From positions 1 through 46,715 of the forward strand of contig DAOVAY010000001.1 in assembly GCA_030670795.1 (NCBI GenBank): a DNA stretch of 46,715 nt, written 5' to 3'. A model generated the notes under the pieces. The model saw only the letters and a program-made list of their open reading frames with translations. It was not told where the DNA came from and did no database searches. Source of the DNA: Methanobacteriota archaeon. GTDB taxonomy: Archaea > Thermoplasmatota > Thermoplasmata > SG8-5. The position numbers and the translations under genes are program-made. Of the stretch, positions 1-7,871 are shown one piece after another (within the stretch, counting starts at the first letter, position 1; each line of letters begins with the position of its first letter).

Positions 1-588
1 CTCGTGGGAAACGCCATAGTCTATGTCATCGAGCCGATGGTCAATGACACCGAAAACGAGGGGGTGATTATAGAGATCGGCGTGGAGATGGACCTGCCGG
101 ATGGCTGGATCGGAATGCGCATCTATTGGGCCAACTACACCATAGACGTCAAGACCAACTCCTCTGTGTTGGGAGTGACCTTTGACAAGGACACGATGGC
201 GATTACATTGAGTGTTAGCGGTCCCAACGGAACTATCGGTGCTTGCGAGGTTGTCGTTCCTAAGTCGTTGATGTCTTCTATGTCGAACTTGGAGGTTCAT
301 CTGGACGGGAGTTCGTTAAATTTCGTTTTGACTCAGAACGAGACACATTTCATCGTTCATATCGAGTATGCTCACAGTACGCACAAGCTCACAACCTATT
401 TGGAGGGGGGGCCCATTGTGGGAGGGGAAGAGAAGGCGATGTTTCCGTATTGGGTCATAGTGGTGATAATGGTCAGTGTGATAGCGGTTGCACTACTTAT
501 TAGGAGAAAGGGAGCGATTTCCGAAGGTGGAGAGGACAAAGAGAAAAGACCCGAGGAGGCGGAAAAATCCCAAGAAGGAAAAGAATAG
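1..588 (+). CDS. C-terminal part of a membrane-anchored (probably surface) protein; the 5' end lies outside the window
   Basis: Frame 1 is open from the window edge to TAG at 586-588. It ends with a hydrophobic helix FPYWVIVVIMVSVIAVALLI, then RRKG and a Glu/Lys-rich tail. No family recognised. Confidence 0.5.
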   Translation, partial: LVGNAIVYVIEPMVNDTENEGVIIEIGVEMDLPDGWIGMRIYWANYTIDVKTNSSVLGVTFDKDTMAITLSVSGPNGTIGACEVVVPKSLMSSMSNLEVHLDGSSLNFVLTQNETHFIVHIEYAHSTHKLTTYLEGGPIVGGEEKAMFPYWVIVVIMVSVIAVALLIRRKGAISEGGEDKEKRPEEAEKSQEGKE

Positions 589-712
589 CCTCCAAAGACC
601 GAAGAAACGACATCAGAGCCGCCCCCACAGTCACCAGAGGAGTGAACGAAATAGAATAGGTGATAAATCAGGCCTGAGTTATTTTCTTCTTTAAATCGGA
701 TTTTATGACAAA

Positions 713-1897
713 TCAGAGGAATAGCTCACGAAGGTGCTCTGGCATATTACTAAACAGATCTAAATCCCCATCCCAATCGCGTAATTCATCTTTGTAATTT
801 GTTTCGATATTAGTAATCGCATCCTGCATTCTGACATGGAGTCTTTCGGTACCCTTTCCTTCAAGCACGACAGCCAGAAAAATATACTTTCCATGCTCTA
901 TATGAATCTCAAGCTCACCATATTGAAGCCGCTTGAGTGTTTCTGTTTTATCGCTCTCTGTGCGGAAAGAATCTTTGATGAAAATCTGTACTGCAGAGAG
1001 CATTCCACTAAGGATTGTTTTGTCAATCACACCTTTGTCCTTCCCAACATGAGATATCAAAAGACCCGATTCGTAAATCATAAATACCTGACGAACATCG
1101 TAAAGTCTTTCTGGTTCCATAATCTTTCTTCTTTTGGTGAAATAGACAACAGTGGAAAACCCTATAGCCAGGTAGAAATATGCCATCACGAACATGCTTC
1201 CTGGTATGTTTTCGAGCGTTGAAATGTCGTATGCGGTGATGACCGCATTTATCAGGTCTCCTACTGTGAACAGCAATATGCCCACAGTCAGATAAGCCCA
1301 GTAAAAGGCCAGCTTGCCCTTGCGGTAAACATGAAGGAGTAAGAACAACACCAACAGCAGGACCATGTCGAGGTAAGGGTATGCGATGGCAATGAACTTC
1401 AAATACATGGAAGGAAGCACTAGTGAGTTACCGACGGCATTTCCTATCGGTATCAGAAGGGCGAGGGAAATACTGAACATAAAAAGTGTGATAAGTATGA
1501 GTAGCCTGACATTTGCATATTCAGCATAAGAAAAAAGTGTTTTCCAGCATGTGTATATGAGGGGCATGTAGCAGACGAGCCCAAGGATAAGCGAGAGGTA
1601 GAATAATGAGAGCACGAGACCTGTGTAAGACATTATTACCCAGAGAATTTCTGCTAAGAGTAGTAAGCCAGCAAAGATAAAAAAAGAGTTTGCAATAGAC
1701 CTGAAAGCCTCATCTTTATTATTTTTGCGTGCGATTATAACGAGTGCACAAATTGCACTCAATCCAACTATTGTAAGACCATTGATGTACATTCCTGCTT
1801 CATGCGTTGGAAGTAAAATATGTCCGAAGGAAATCAGTATTATAATGGGGGTTAGCATGAAAATCAAACGTGAAAACTGCTTTGTCTTGAACTCCAT
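713..1897 (-). CDS. Polytopic membrane protein (about 7-8 predicted TM helices) with a ~125 aa C-terminal soluble domain ending in a WDGDLD motif
   Basis: 394 aa ORF. The N-terminal 260 aa are strongly hydrophobic. The C-terminal domain (nt ~716-1105) is clearly homologous to an insert in the AAA-TPR protein at 17187-20141 (GLLI..D..I.S.ML.AV..F..DS...Y.E..I..E...DWDGDLD). Confidence 0.6.
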   Translation of the reverse strand: MEFKTKQFSRLIFMLTPIIILISFGHILLPTHEAGMYINGLTIVGLSAICALVIIARKNNKDEAFRSIANSFFIFAGLLLLAEILWVIMSYTGLVLSLFYLSLILGLVCYMPLIYTCWKTLFSYAEYANVRLLILITLFMFSISLALLIPIGNAVGNSLVLPSMYLKFIAIAYPYLDMVLLLVLFLLLHVYRKGKLAFYWAYLTVGILLFTVGDLINAVITAYDISTLENIPGSMFVMAYFYLAIGFSTVVYFTKRRKIMEPERLYDVRQVFMIYESGLLISHVGKDKGVIDKTILSGMLSAVQIFIKDSFRTESDKTETLKRLQYGELEIHIEHGKYIFLAVVLEGKGTERLHVRMQDAITNIETNYKDELRDWDGDLDLFSNMPEHLRELFL

Positions 1898-2016
1898 AGT
1901 ATCGCATATATTTTCAATCCTAATAAATGTTCTGCGTTCGTAATTTTTAATCCGAATTCGCCTTTCCGTGATTGTTTCTGATTACACTCATCGGTGCATT
2001 GCCTGCCTTGCCTTTT

Positions 2017-2436
2017 TCACAATTTCTCAAGCGCATAATAAAGCTTGATTTCCTCTATTTCCTCGAATATCTTTGGCACGACCTTTACTCTCATTCCTAT
2101 TTTTATGACTTCTGGCTCTGTGTTTTCAAACCACGAGATAAGTCTTCCGCCGCTGTCGAGGTCGATGAGCCCCAACGTGTACGGCGCGATGTCTTCGAAG
2201 CCTGCCGGGGGAGAGTTTACAGTTGTAAATGTCACGAGTGTGCCGGTGGGTTTCGCATCGATGTATTCGAAGTCTCCGCTGAGGCATTTTATGCAGTCAG
2301 CCCTTGGCGGGAATGTCTCCTCGCCGCAGCTCTTGCACTTACTGCCAACCAGCTTCCCCTTATGCAGTTCATCTGCGAATTCCGAGACTTTCGTATACGG
2401 CGTGTAATTGACTTTTCCAAAATACTTGAACGGCAT
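2017..2436 (-). CDS. DUF35-type Zn-ribbon/OB-fold protein (thiolase partner)
   Basis: Sequence MPFKYFG...CKSCGEETFPPRADCIKC (4-Cys ribbon) followed by an OB-fold-like C-terminus. I placed the start at ATG 2436, preceded by AAGGAGGT and 13 nt after the thiolase stop. The ORF track extends to 2502, overlapping the thiolase. Confidence 0.8.
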   Translation of the reverse strand: MPFKYFGKVNYTPYTKVSEFADELHKGKLVGSKCKSCGEETFPPRADCIKCLSGDFEYIDAKPTGTLVTFTTVNSPPAGFEDIAPYTLGLIDLDSGGRLISWFENTEPEVIKIGMRVKVVPKIFEEIEEIKLYYALEKL

Positions 2437-2449
2437 ATTTTTACCTCCT

Positions 2450-3604
2450 TTATGACCTCTTGTAAATGTGCACAAAGCAGTACTGGCCGATTCCACCGAC
2501 ATTGTGCGTCATCCCGATGTCAGCGCCATCCACCTGTCTTTCTCCGCATTCTTCCCTCAACTGCTTCACGATCTCGACTGTTTGAGATGCGCCGGTCGCT
2601 CCGACAGGGTGGCCTTTTGCCTTCAATCCGCCATCGACATTTACCGGGTGTTTGCCTCCGATATATGCCTGCCCATCTTCCTCGAACTTGCCGCCTCCGC
2701 CCTTCTCCACAAAGCCGATATCCTCCAATGCGATAATTTCTGCGATGGTAAAGCAATCATGGACATCCGTGACCTTGATATCATCCGGCCCGACTCCCGC
2801 CATCGCGTACGCTTGCTTGGCGGCAGCCACAGCGCTGGGTATTGAGGTCATGTCCGGTCTGCGCAGAACTGATATCGGGGCGCTGGCACAGCCCAAGCCT
2901 TCAAGCCATACGGGGGTATCGTTATATTTCTTGGCCAGCTCATCGCTCGTGACAATTAACGCACACGCACCGTCCGCATTGGCGCAGCAATCGTATACTC
3001 TAAGCGGATAAGCCACATAATCGGATGCAAGCGCCTTCTCCAGTGTGATCTCCTTCTGGAAAAGAGCGTAGGGGTTCTTCGCGGCATAGTGATGACTTTT
3101 AACCGCGGTCTTGGCCAGCTGCTCGCTCGTGGTCCCGTAGGTTTCCATGTGCTTGTTGGCGTACATCGCATAGTACGCCGGGAACGTGATTCCAAAAATC
3201 GATTCCCACTGGACGTCACCCACCCGCCCCATCAATCCCTGTATCTCCGCGGTGGTGAGCTCGGTCATCTTCTGCACTCCCAGAACAAGAACCGTATCAT
3301 GCAGGCCCGACTTTATTGCCATGTATGCGCTTCTCAAAGCAGCTGAGGATGACGCGCAGGCGGCCTCGGTGAGCCAGGTCGGTTTGTCATTCAGGCCGAG
3401 GTACTCTGTGATCATGCCCGGTAGCGAACGTTGTTTATGATACTCGGGTGACGAGCCCACGATAACGGCATCGATGTCATTCCTGTCCAGGTTGTTCACG
3501 TCATCCAAAACTTCCCTGTAAGCCTCGAATGCCAGCTCCTGGACGGTAGCGTCGCTCCTCCTCCCGAACTTGCCATGTCCTACACCTACAACACCAACCC
3601 TCAC
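2450..3604 (-). CDS. Thiolase-family acetyl-CoA C-acyltransferase (archaeal type)
   Basis: 384 aa. Thiolase hallmarks are present: active-site region EAACASSSAAL and C-terminal H..G..G and NVGG motifs. It is adjacent to the DUF35 gene, as is typical in archaea. Confidence 0.9.
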   Translation of the reverse strand: MRVGVVGVGHGKFGRRSDATVQELAFEAYREVLDDVNNLDRNDIDAVIVGSSPEYHKQRSLPGMITEYLGLNDKPTWLTEAACASSSAALRSAYMAIKSGLHDTVLVLGVQKMTELTTAEIQGLMGRVGDVQWESIFGITFPAYYAMYANKHMETYGTTSEQLAKTAVKSHHYAAKNPYALFQKEITLEKALASDYVAYPLRVYDCCANADGACALIVTSDELAKKYNDTPVWLEGLGCASAPISVLRRPDMTSIPSAVAAAKQAYAMAGVGPDDIKVTDVHDCFTIAEIIALEDIGFVEKGGGGKFEEDGQAYIGGKHPVNVDGGLKAKGHPVGATGASQTVEIVKQLREECGERQVDGADIGMTHNVGGIGQYCFVHIYKRS

Positions 3605-3613
3605 ATCATCACC

Positions 3614-4357
3614 TCAAATATACTGGCCGCCATCGACTTTGATGACTTCCCCGGTTATGTGTCTTGATTTCTCAGAGCATAAGAATACTACGACATTTGC
3701 GACGTCATCCGATTCAGCCAGTCGACCCAGAACTGTTTCGTCGGTAGCCGTGTCCAGGAATTGCTGGGGTATCTTTTGAGCCATCTCTGTCATGACCATA
3801 CCAGGACAAATGCAATTGACATTTACATTGAACTTGCCGAGCTCCTTGGCCAAAGACTTGGTCAGAGCGATTTCCCCGCCTTTGGATGCAGAATAATTTG
3901 TCTGGCCGAACTTTCCTCTGAGGCCGTTGATCGATGAAATGTTCACGATCTTACCATACCTTCGGTCCTTGAAATGGCCTGCTGCCAGTTTGTTGTAGAT
4001 AAAACAACCTTTGAGGTTTGTGGCGATCACAGTATCGAACTGCTCCTCCGACATCTTCCATATGACACCGTCCCAGTTTATCCCGGCATTGTTTACCAGG
4101 ATATCCAGATGCCCGAACGTCTCCAACACCTTTTCGAACATCTTCTGGGCATCTTCGTAACTGCTGACATCTGCCTTTACCGCCAGGGCATCTCTCCCCA
4201 TCTTTTTGATCTCCTCGACGATCTCTTTTGCCTCCTTGTCGCTTTTCCTGTAATTGATAGCGACATTGCAGCCCTCCCTGGCTAACATTAAAGCTACAGC
4301 CCGTCCGATTCCTCGGGTCCCGCCAGTGACTATCGCACACTTTCCTTTGAGTTCCAT
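3614..4357 (-). CDS. Short-chain dehydrogenase/reductase, 3-oxoacyl reductase (FabG-like)
   Basis: TGGTRGIG dinucleotide motif, NNAG, S...YSASK catalytic tetrad region. Start chosen at MELKGKCAIVTGG (ATG 4357, AAAGGTGA upstream). The ORF track start is 4396. Confidence 0.9.
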   Translation of the reverse strand: MELKGKCAIVTGGTRGIGRAVALMLAREGCNVAINYRKSDKEAKEIVEEIKKMGRDALAVKADVSSYEDAQKMFEKVLETFGHLDILVNNAGINWDGVIWKMSEEQFDTVIATNLKGCFIYNKLAAGHFKDRRYGKIVNISSINGLRGKFGQTNYSASKGGEIALTKSLAKELGKFNVNVNCICPGMVMTEMAQKIPQQFLDTATDETVLGRLAESDDVANVVVFLCSEKSRHITGEVIKVDGGQYI

Positions 4358-4423
4358 TGGTTTCACCTTTAATCGTTGGTGTATACAACCCCCCATATAT
4401 TTAGTTTTTATTTTTACAGTTGA

Positions 4424-4680
4424 TGGTCGAGAACGCCCAAGCTCTTTAGGCTTGGGATGGATCGACCAGTATCTTGGTAAAGAAGGGAATCCGCCGTATG
4501 CTCATCGATAAGTAGTCACATAAACACGAAGCCAAGATACTGGCTTCGGGAATTTGAGCATATGGCTGTTTAAATGTGAACTTCCAGGCCAGGTTCACAA
4601 CGCCAAGTCGTTTCGCAAAACACGTAGTGGTTTGCGTTAAGACGAGCTGTGGCTCGTCTGTTTATGGCCTGGTAGTTTAC
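4424..4680 (+). ncRNA. Candidate structured RNA / repeat element, copy 1 (longest)
   Basis: One of three homologous intergenic copies. Helices: H1 4424-4430/4462-4468, H2 4436-4442/4450-4456, H3 4493-4503/4556-4566, H4 4527-4534/4541-4548, H5 4576-4590/4666-4680, H6 4641-4647/4652-4658. G.U pairs are only possible on the + strand transcript. Confidence 0.55.
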
Positions 4681-4756
4681 AGAGAACAAAGGAAAAAGTT
4701 ATAATACAGTTTCATTATATCGGTTTTGTAGCTACATTGTAGTTGGGAGGCCTTTG

Positions 4757-4897
4757 ATGGAAGACACACCTTCTAAATTTGAGGTTTACGGTCAGGAGAT
4801 GATCGAGAAGCACGTGAAAAAGTCTGGCAACAGCGGCAGGATATACCTTCCACCTGATTGGATAGGCAAGAAGGTCAAGATAATAAGGGTGGAGTGA
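4757..4897 (+). CDS. 46-aa AbrB/SpoVT-like miniprotein resembling the archaeal DUF2080 ('transposase-associated') family; not in the supplied ORF track
   Basis: My translation: MEDTPSKFEVYGQEMIEKHVKKSGNSGRIYLPPDWIGKKVKIIRVE*. GGGAGG lies 7 nt upstream of the ATG. The stop is 7 nt before the next gene. The G-x-S-x-R-I-Y-L-P..WIGKKV pattern is typical of swapped-hairpin AbrB-like proteins. Confidence 0.55.
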   Translation: MEDTPSKFEVYGQEMIEKHVKKSGNSGRIYLPPDWIGKKVKIIRVE

Positions 4898-4904
4898 GGG
4901 ATTT

Positions 4905-5354
4905 ATGACACAAATTTCAGTACGTTCGATGGTGGAGAAAGACATAGACCAGGCAGCCGAAATTCACAGGAAGGTCTTGCGGAAAGGATTGACCCAGGAC
5001 ACATCCTACAATATCGAAGAATTGTTCAAGGCCTCAATTGCCAGCAATCCAAAAACCTGCCTCGTCGGGGAGCTGGACGGTGAGGTCGTGGGATTCATAA
5101 TCGGCAGGGTCAAGGAGTGGAGTTTCGGTGTGGAACGCAGCGGCTGGATAGAATTGATAGAGGTCGACCCAGCTCACATGGGGGAGGGAATCGGCAAGAC
5201 CCTTGCAAAGGACTTGATCGCCTATTTCAAATCAGAGGGCATAGGCGAGATATACACCTCCGTGGGGTGGGACATCGGTGACATCATCGCCTTCTTCAAA
5301 TCGATCGGTTTCGACAAGAGCAGTTTCATCAATCTTAAATTTGAGTCTGATTGA
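4905..5354 (+). CDS. GNAT-family N-acetyltransferase (paralog 1)
   Basis: 149 aa with a GNAT core (VVGFIIG...ELIEVDPAHMGEGIGKTL). Paralogous to 12406-12861. Confidence 0.8.
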   Translation: MTQISVRSMVEKDIDQAAEIHRKVLRKGLTQDTSYNIEELFKASIASNPKTCLVGELDGEVVGFIIGRVKEWSFGVERSGWIELIEVDPAHMGEGIGKTLAKDLIAYFKSEGIGEIYTSVGWDIGDIIAFFKSIGFDKSSFINLKFESD

Positions 5355-5385
5355 CTTATGAGCATTAGTAAAGAGAGGGATAGAA

Positions 5386-6507
5386 ATGATTGAACAATTC
5401 AAGGAATGGGAAAAGAACAGGCACGAATACGCCAAGGATTGGCAGGAGCGCACCGGAGGTAAAGTGATGGGTTACTTCTGCACATATGTGCCGGAGGAGA
5501 TACTCTATGCAGCAGGGATATTGCCGGTGAGGATACTGGGCAGCCATGAGCCCCAGGACGTTACCGAGCCTCACATCTTTGCTATGTTCTGTCCGTTCTG
5601 CCGCGATTGCCTGGCCCAGGGGCTGAAAGGCAGGTACGACTATCTCGACGGAATAATGATCGCACAGTCCTGTCTGCACATAAGACAGACGTTCTGGAGC
5701 TGGGAGAAGCATGTTGGTGTGGAATACAGCAAGTTCTTCATAATGCCCCACAAGATCCAGAGCAAGGATGCCCCGGAGTTCCTGAGAGGCGAGATGGAAG
5801 ACCTCAAGAAAGAGATCGAGGAATTGACAGGCAAGGAAATAACGGAGGAAGCGCTCGACAACGCCATTGCAGTCTACAACAAGAACAGGGAACTGATGAG
5901 GAAGTTGTACGACCTTCGCAAGGAGCCCAACCCGCCGATATCCGGTGAGGAGGCCATGGAGATCACCATGGCCCAGCAGATGGTGGACAAGGCAGAGCAC
6001 AACAAGGCACTGGAAGAACTGCTGGCCAAACTCCCGTCAAGGACAGACACCCTATCCGGAACAAGGCTGATGATTGTAGGTTCTGAGGACGACGACCTCC
6101 AGTTCCTCAACATGGTGGAAAACTGCGGTGGCTTGTTCGTGATAGACGATCACTGCACAGGAAGCCGTTATTTCTGGAACCAGGTGATACCCGAAGAGGA
6201 CCGATTGATGGCTATTTCTAAGAGATACATAGACAGGCCGCCCTGCCCGTCCAAGGACTGGGAAGAGCGCAAACGCATACCGCACGTGCTGACCCTCGCG
6301 AAGGAATGGGATGTTGCGGGTGCGATAATCATGCAGCAGAAGTTCTGCGACCCGCACGAGCTGGACTTTGTGGCCATAAAGAAGGCCCTCGAGGAGAACG
6401 GTGTGCCCACCCTGTTCCTCGAGTTCGATGTGACAGTACCAATCGGCCAGTTCAAGATAAGGGTGGAGGCATTCTTGGAAATGATCGGAGATGAGGATTT
6501 GTTCTGA
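5386..6507 (+). CDS. Benzoyl-CoA reductase / 2-hydroxyacyl-CoA dehydratase family subunit, BcrC/BzdN-like
   Basis: 373 aa. N-terminus ...[28 protein letters not shown] plus conserved Cys residues of the HgdB/BcrC family. Ends with GDEDLF. Confidence 0.85.
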   Translation: MIEQFKEWEKNRHEYAKDWQERTGGKVMGYFCTYVPEEILYAAGILPVRILGSHEPQDVTEPHIFAMFCPFCRDCLAQGLKGRYDYLDGIMIAQSCLHIRQTFWSWEKHVGVEYSKFFIMPHKIQSKDAPEFLRGEMEDLKKEIEELTGKEITEEALDNAIAVYNKNRELMRKLYDLRKEPNPPISGEEAMEITMAQQMVDKAEHNKALEELLAKLPSRTDTLSGTRLMIVGSEDDDLQFLNMVENCGGLFVIDDHCTGSRYFWNQVIPEEDRLMAISKRYIDRPPCPSKDWEERKRIPHVLTLAKEWDVAGAIIMQQKFCDPHELDFVAIKKALEENGVPTLFLEFDVTVPIGQFKIRVEAFLEMIGDEDLF

Positions 6508-6520
6508 GGAGGTGTATGAT

Positions 6521-7864
6521 ATGGTAGAAGCAGAAGTGAAATACCCGACAGAATCATTAAAGTGCTGGAACAAGGCAAAAGATATCAGAATGAAGTATTA
6601 CCAAGATTACGCAGAGGCCCATGACAAAGGCGGGCTCAGGTGGGCTGGCGGGGCCTGGACCTTCGATGCGATCCCAGCAGGCCTTGGGGATGATGTATAT
6701 CCGATAACCAGTGAGCCATACGGCGCATCAATCGCGTTCGACAAGGAACTCTCATTGGAATGCATGGAGGCAACCGAAGTAAAGGGCTACCCCAGAGACT
6801 TGTGTTCCTACATGCGCAACTACTGGGGCTCGATACTTACGGACAAGTTCGCATTCGGATACAAGGACGGAGAATTCATGCCCAGATTTGCAGGTGCCGA
6901 ACCCCTGCCGTTCCCGAAACCCGATTTCCTCTGGCAGGACCACATATGCTGCTCGCATGCCAAGTGGTACCAGGTTGTGTCAGAACTCGAAGGTGGGATA
7001 CCAACATACACAGTGGACAACGCTGTAGGGCCAGCTCACGAGATCAATGATAGAAAAATTAAGTTCGTTGTTGAGCAGCTAAAGGAAGGCATCACATTTC
7101 TGGAGAAGACCACTGGCCGAGACTTTGATGATGAACTTATGTACAAGGCCATAAGGAATCACTTTGTTTCAACATCGAAGTGGGCCGAGATCTGCGAGCT
7201 GAACAAAGCCATTCCAGCACCACTGGATGAAAAATCCATCTACTCGCTCTATGTGTTCGGCACTCTTCAAAAGGCAGGGCAACAGGTGGCTGATTTTTAT
7301 GAAAAAGACCTTCTTCCGGAAGTACAGGACAGGGTCAGAAGAGGCATCGCCGCAGTCCCGACCGAGCGTTTCAGGGTGATGTCGGACACACAACCGCCGT
7401 GGAGTTTCCTCAAGGTGTTCAGATATCTCGAGAAGTTCGGTTGCGTTTCCGTCGGTTCTCTATACACCTTCGGGCTCATCGGCCAATGGGAAATAAAAGA
7501 GGACGGCACCTGGGGTCCGATGCCTATTCCGGACGTGGAGTTCTCCGGCAGAGACCAGGCTCTCTACGAGTATGTGAAATACGAATTGAACAAGCCGGAA
7601 TGGCAGCATTTCTATTCCTGTCATATCAAGAGCGACATGATGGTCAGGATAGCCAGGGAGTGGAAGCTCGATGGCGCGATGCTCCATTACAACAGAGGTT
7701 GCGAGGGCTTGAGCATCGGAATTGCGGAAAACAGACTGGCACTTCTCGATGCAGGCTTTCCGGTAATGGCATTCGAAGGAAATAATGCGGATGAGAGGGA
7801 ATTCGACGAGGCCAGGACAAAGGCCAAGATAGACGCGTTCATGGAAACACTTGGAGCAAAATAA
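6521..7864 (+). CDS. Benzoyl-CoA reductase / 2-hydroxyacyl-CoA dehydratase family subunit, BcrB/BzdO-like
   Basis: Sequence ...[16 protein letters not shown]...SEPYGASIA...[12 protein letters not shown], typical of BcrB/BadE-type subunits. Start set at ATG 6521 after GAGGAGGTG. The ORF track start is 6491. Confidence 0.85.
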   Translation: MVEAEVKYPTESLKCWNKAKDIRMKYYQDYAEAHDKGGLRWAGGAWTFDAIPAGLGDDVYPITSEPYGASIAFDKELSLECMEATEVKGYPRDLCSYMRNYWGSILTDKFAFGYKDGEFMPRFAGAEPLPFPKPDFLWQDHICCSHAKWYQVVSELEGGIPTYTVDNAVGPAHEINDRKIKFVVEQLKEGITFLEKTTGRDFDDELMYKAIRNHFVSTSKWAEICELNKAIPAPLDEKSIYSLYVFGTLQKAGQQVADFYEKDLLPEVQDRVRRGIAAVPTERFRVMSDTQPPWSFLKVFRYLEKFGCVSVGSLYTFGLIGQWEIKEDGTWGPMPIPDVEFSGRDQALYEYVKYELNKPEWQHFYSCHIKSDMMVRIAREWKLDGAMLHYNRGCEGLSIGIAENRLALLDAGFPVMAFEGNNADEREFDEARTKAKIDAFMETLGAK

Positions 7865-7871
7865 TGGAGGA

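Noticed and set aside
488-694. A 68-aa Arg/Lys-rich + strand ORF overlapping the end of the first gene.
   Set aside because: It is an alternative frame of the Glu/Lys-rich tail region. It is low-complexity and has no SD.
1972-3011. Long + strand ORFs (254, 120, 125 and 119 aa) opposite the DUF35 and thiolase genes.
   Set aside because: They are antisense shadows of genes with clear family motifs. Their translations are low-complexity (Arg/Ser/Pro-rich), have no SD and carry no recognisable motifs.
4424-4468. Possible kink-turn in the internal loop between H1 and H2 (gaacg / atgga).
   Set aside because: The required tandem sheared G.A arrangement with a 3-nt bulge cannot be fitted consistently in all three copies, and copy 3 has 9-nt loops.
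4254-4511. An 85-aa + strand ORF running from inside the SDR gene (antisense) into the structured element, plus the 76-aa - strand ORF at 4715-4945.
   Set aside because: The first has no SD, crosses a gene boundary and ends inside helix H3. The second is antisense to the much better supported 46-codon AbrB-like gene and the GNAT start.
4576-4610. The CCAGGCCAGG...AACGCC segment in H5 resembles SRP RNA helix-8 sequence (CCAGGUCAGG in 4.5S RNA).
   Set aside because: There are three copies per 47 kb. There is no GNAR tetraloop or AGCA-type asymmetric-loop partner, and the overall architecture is unlike 7S RNA.
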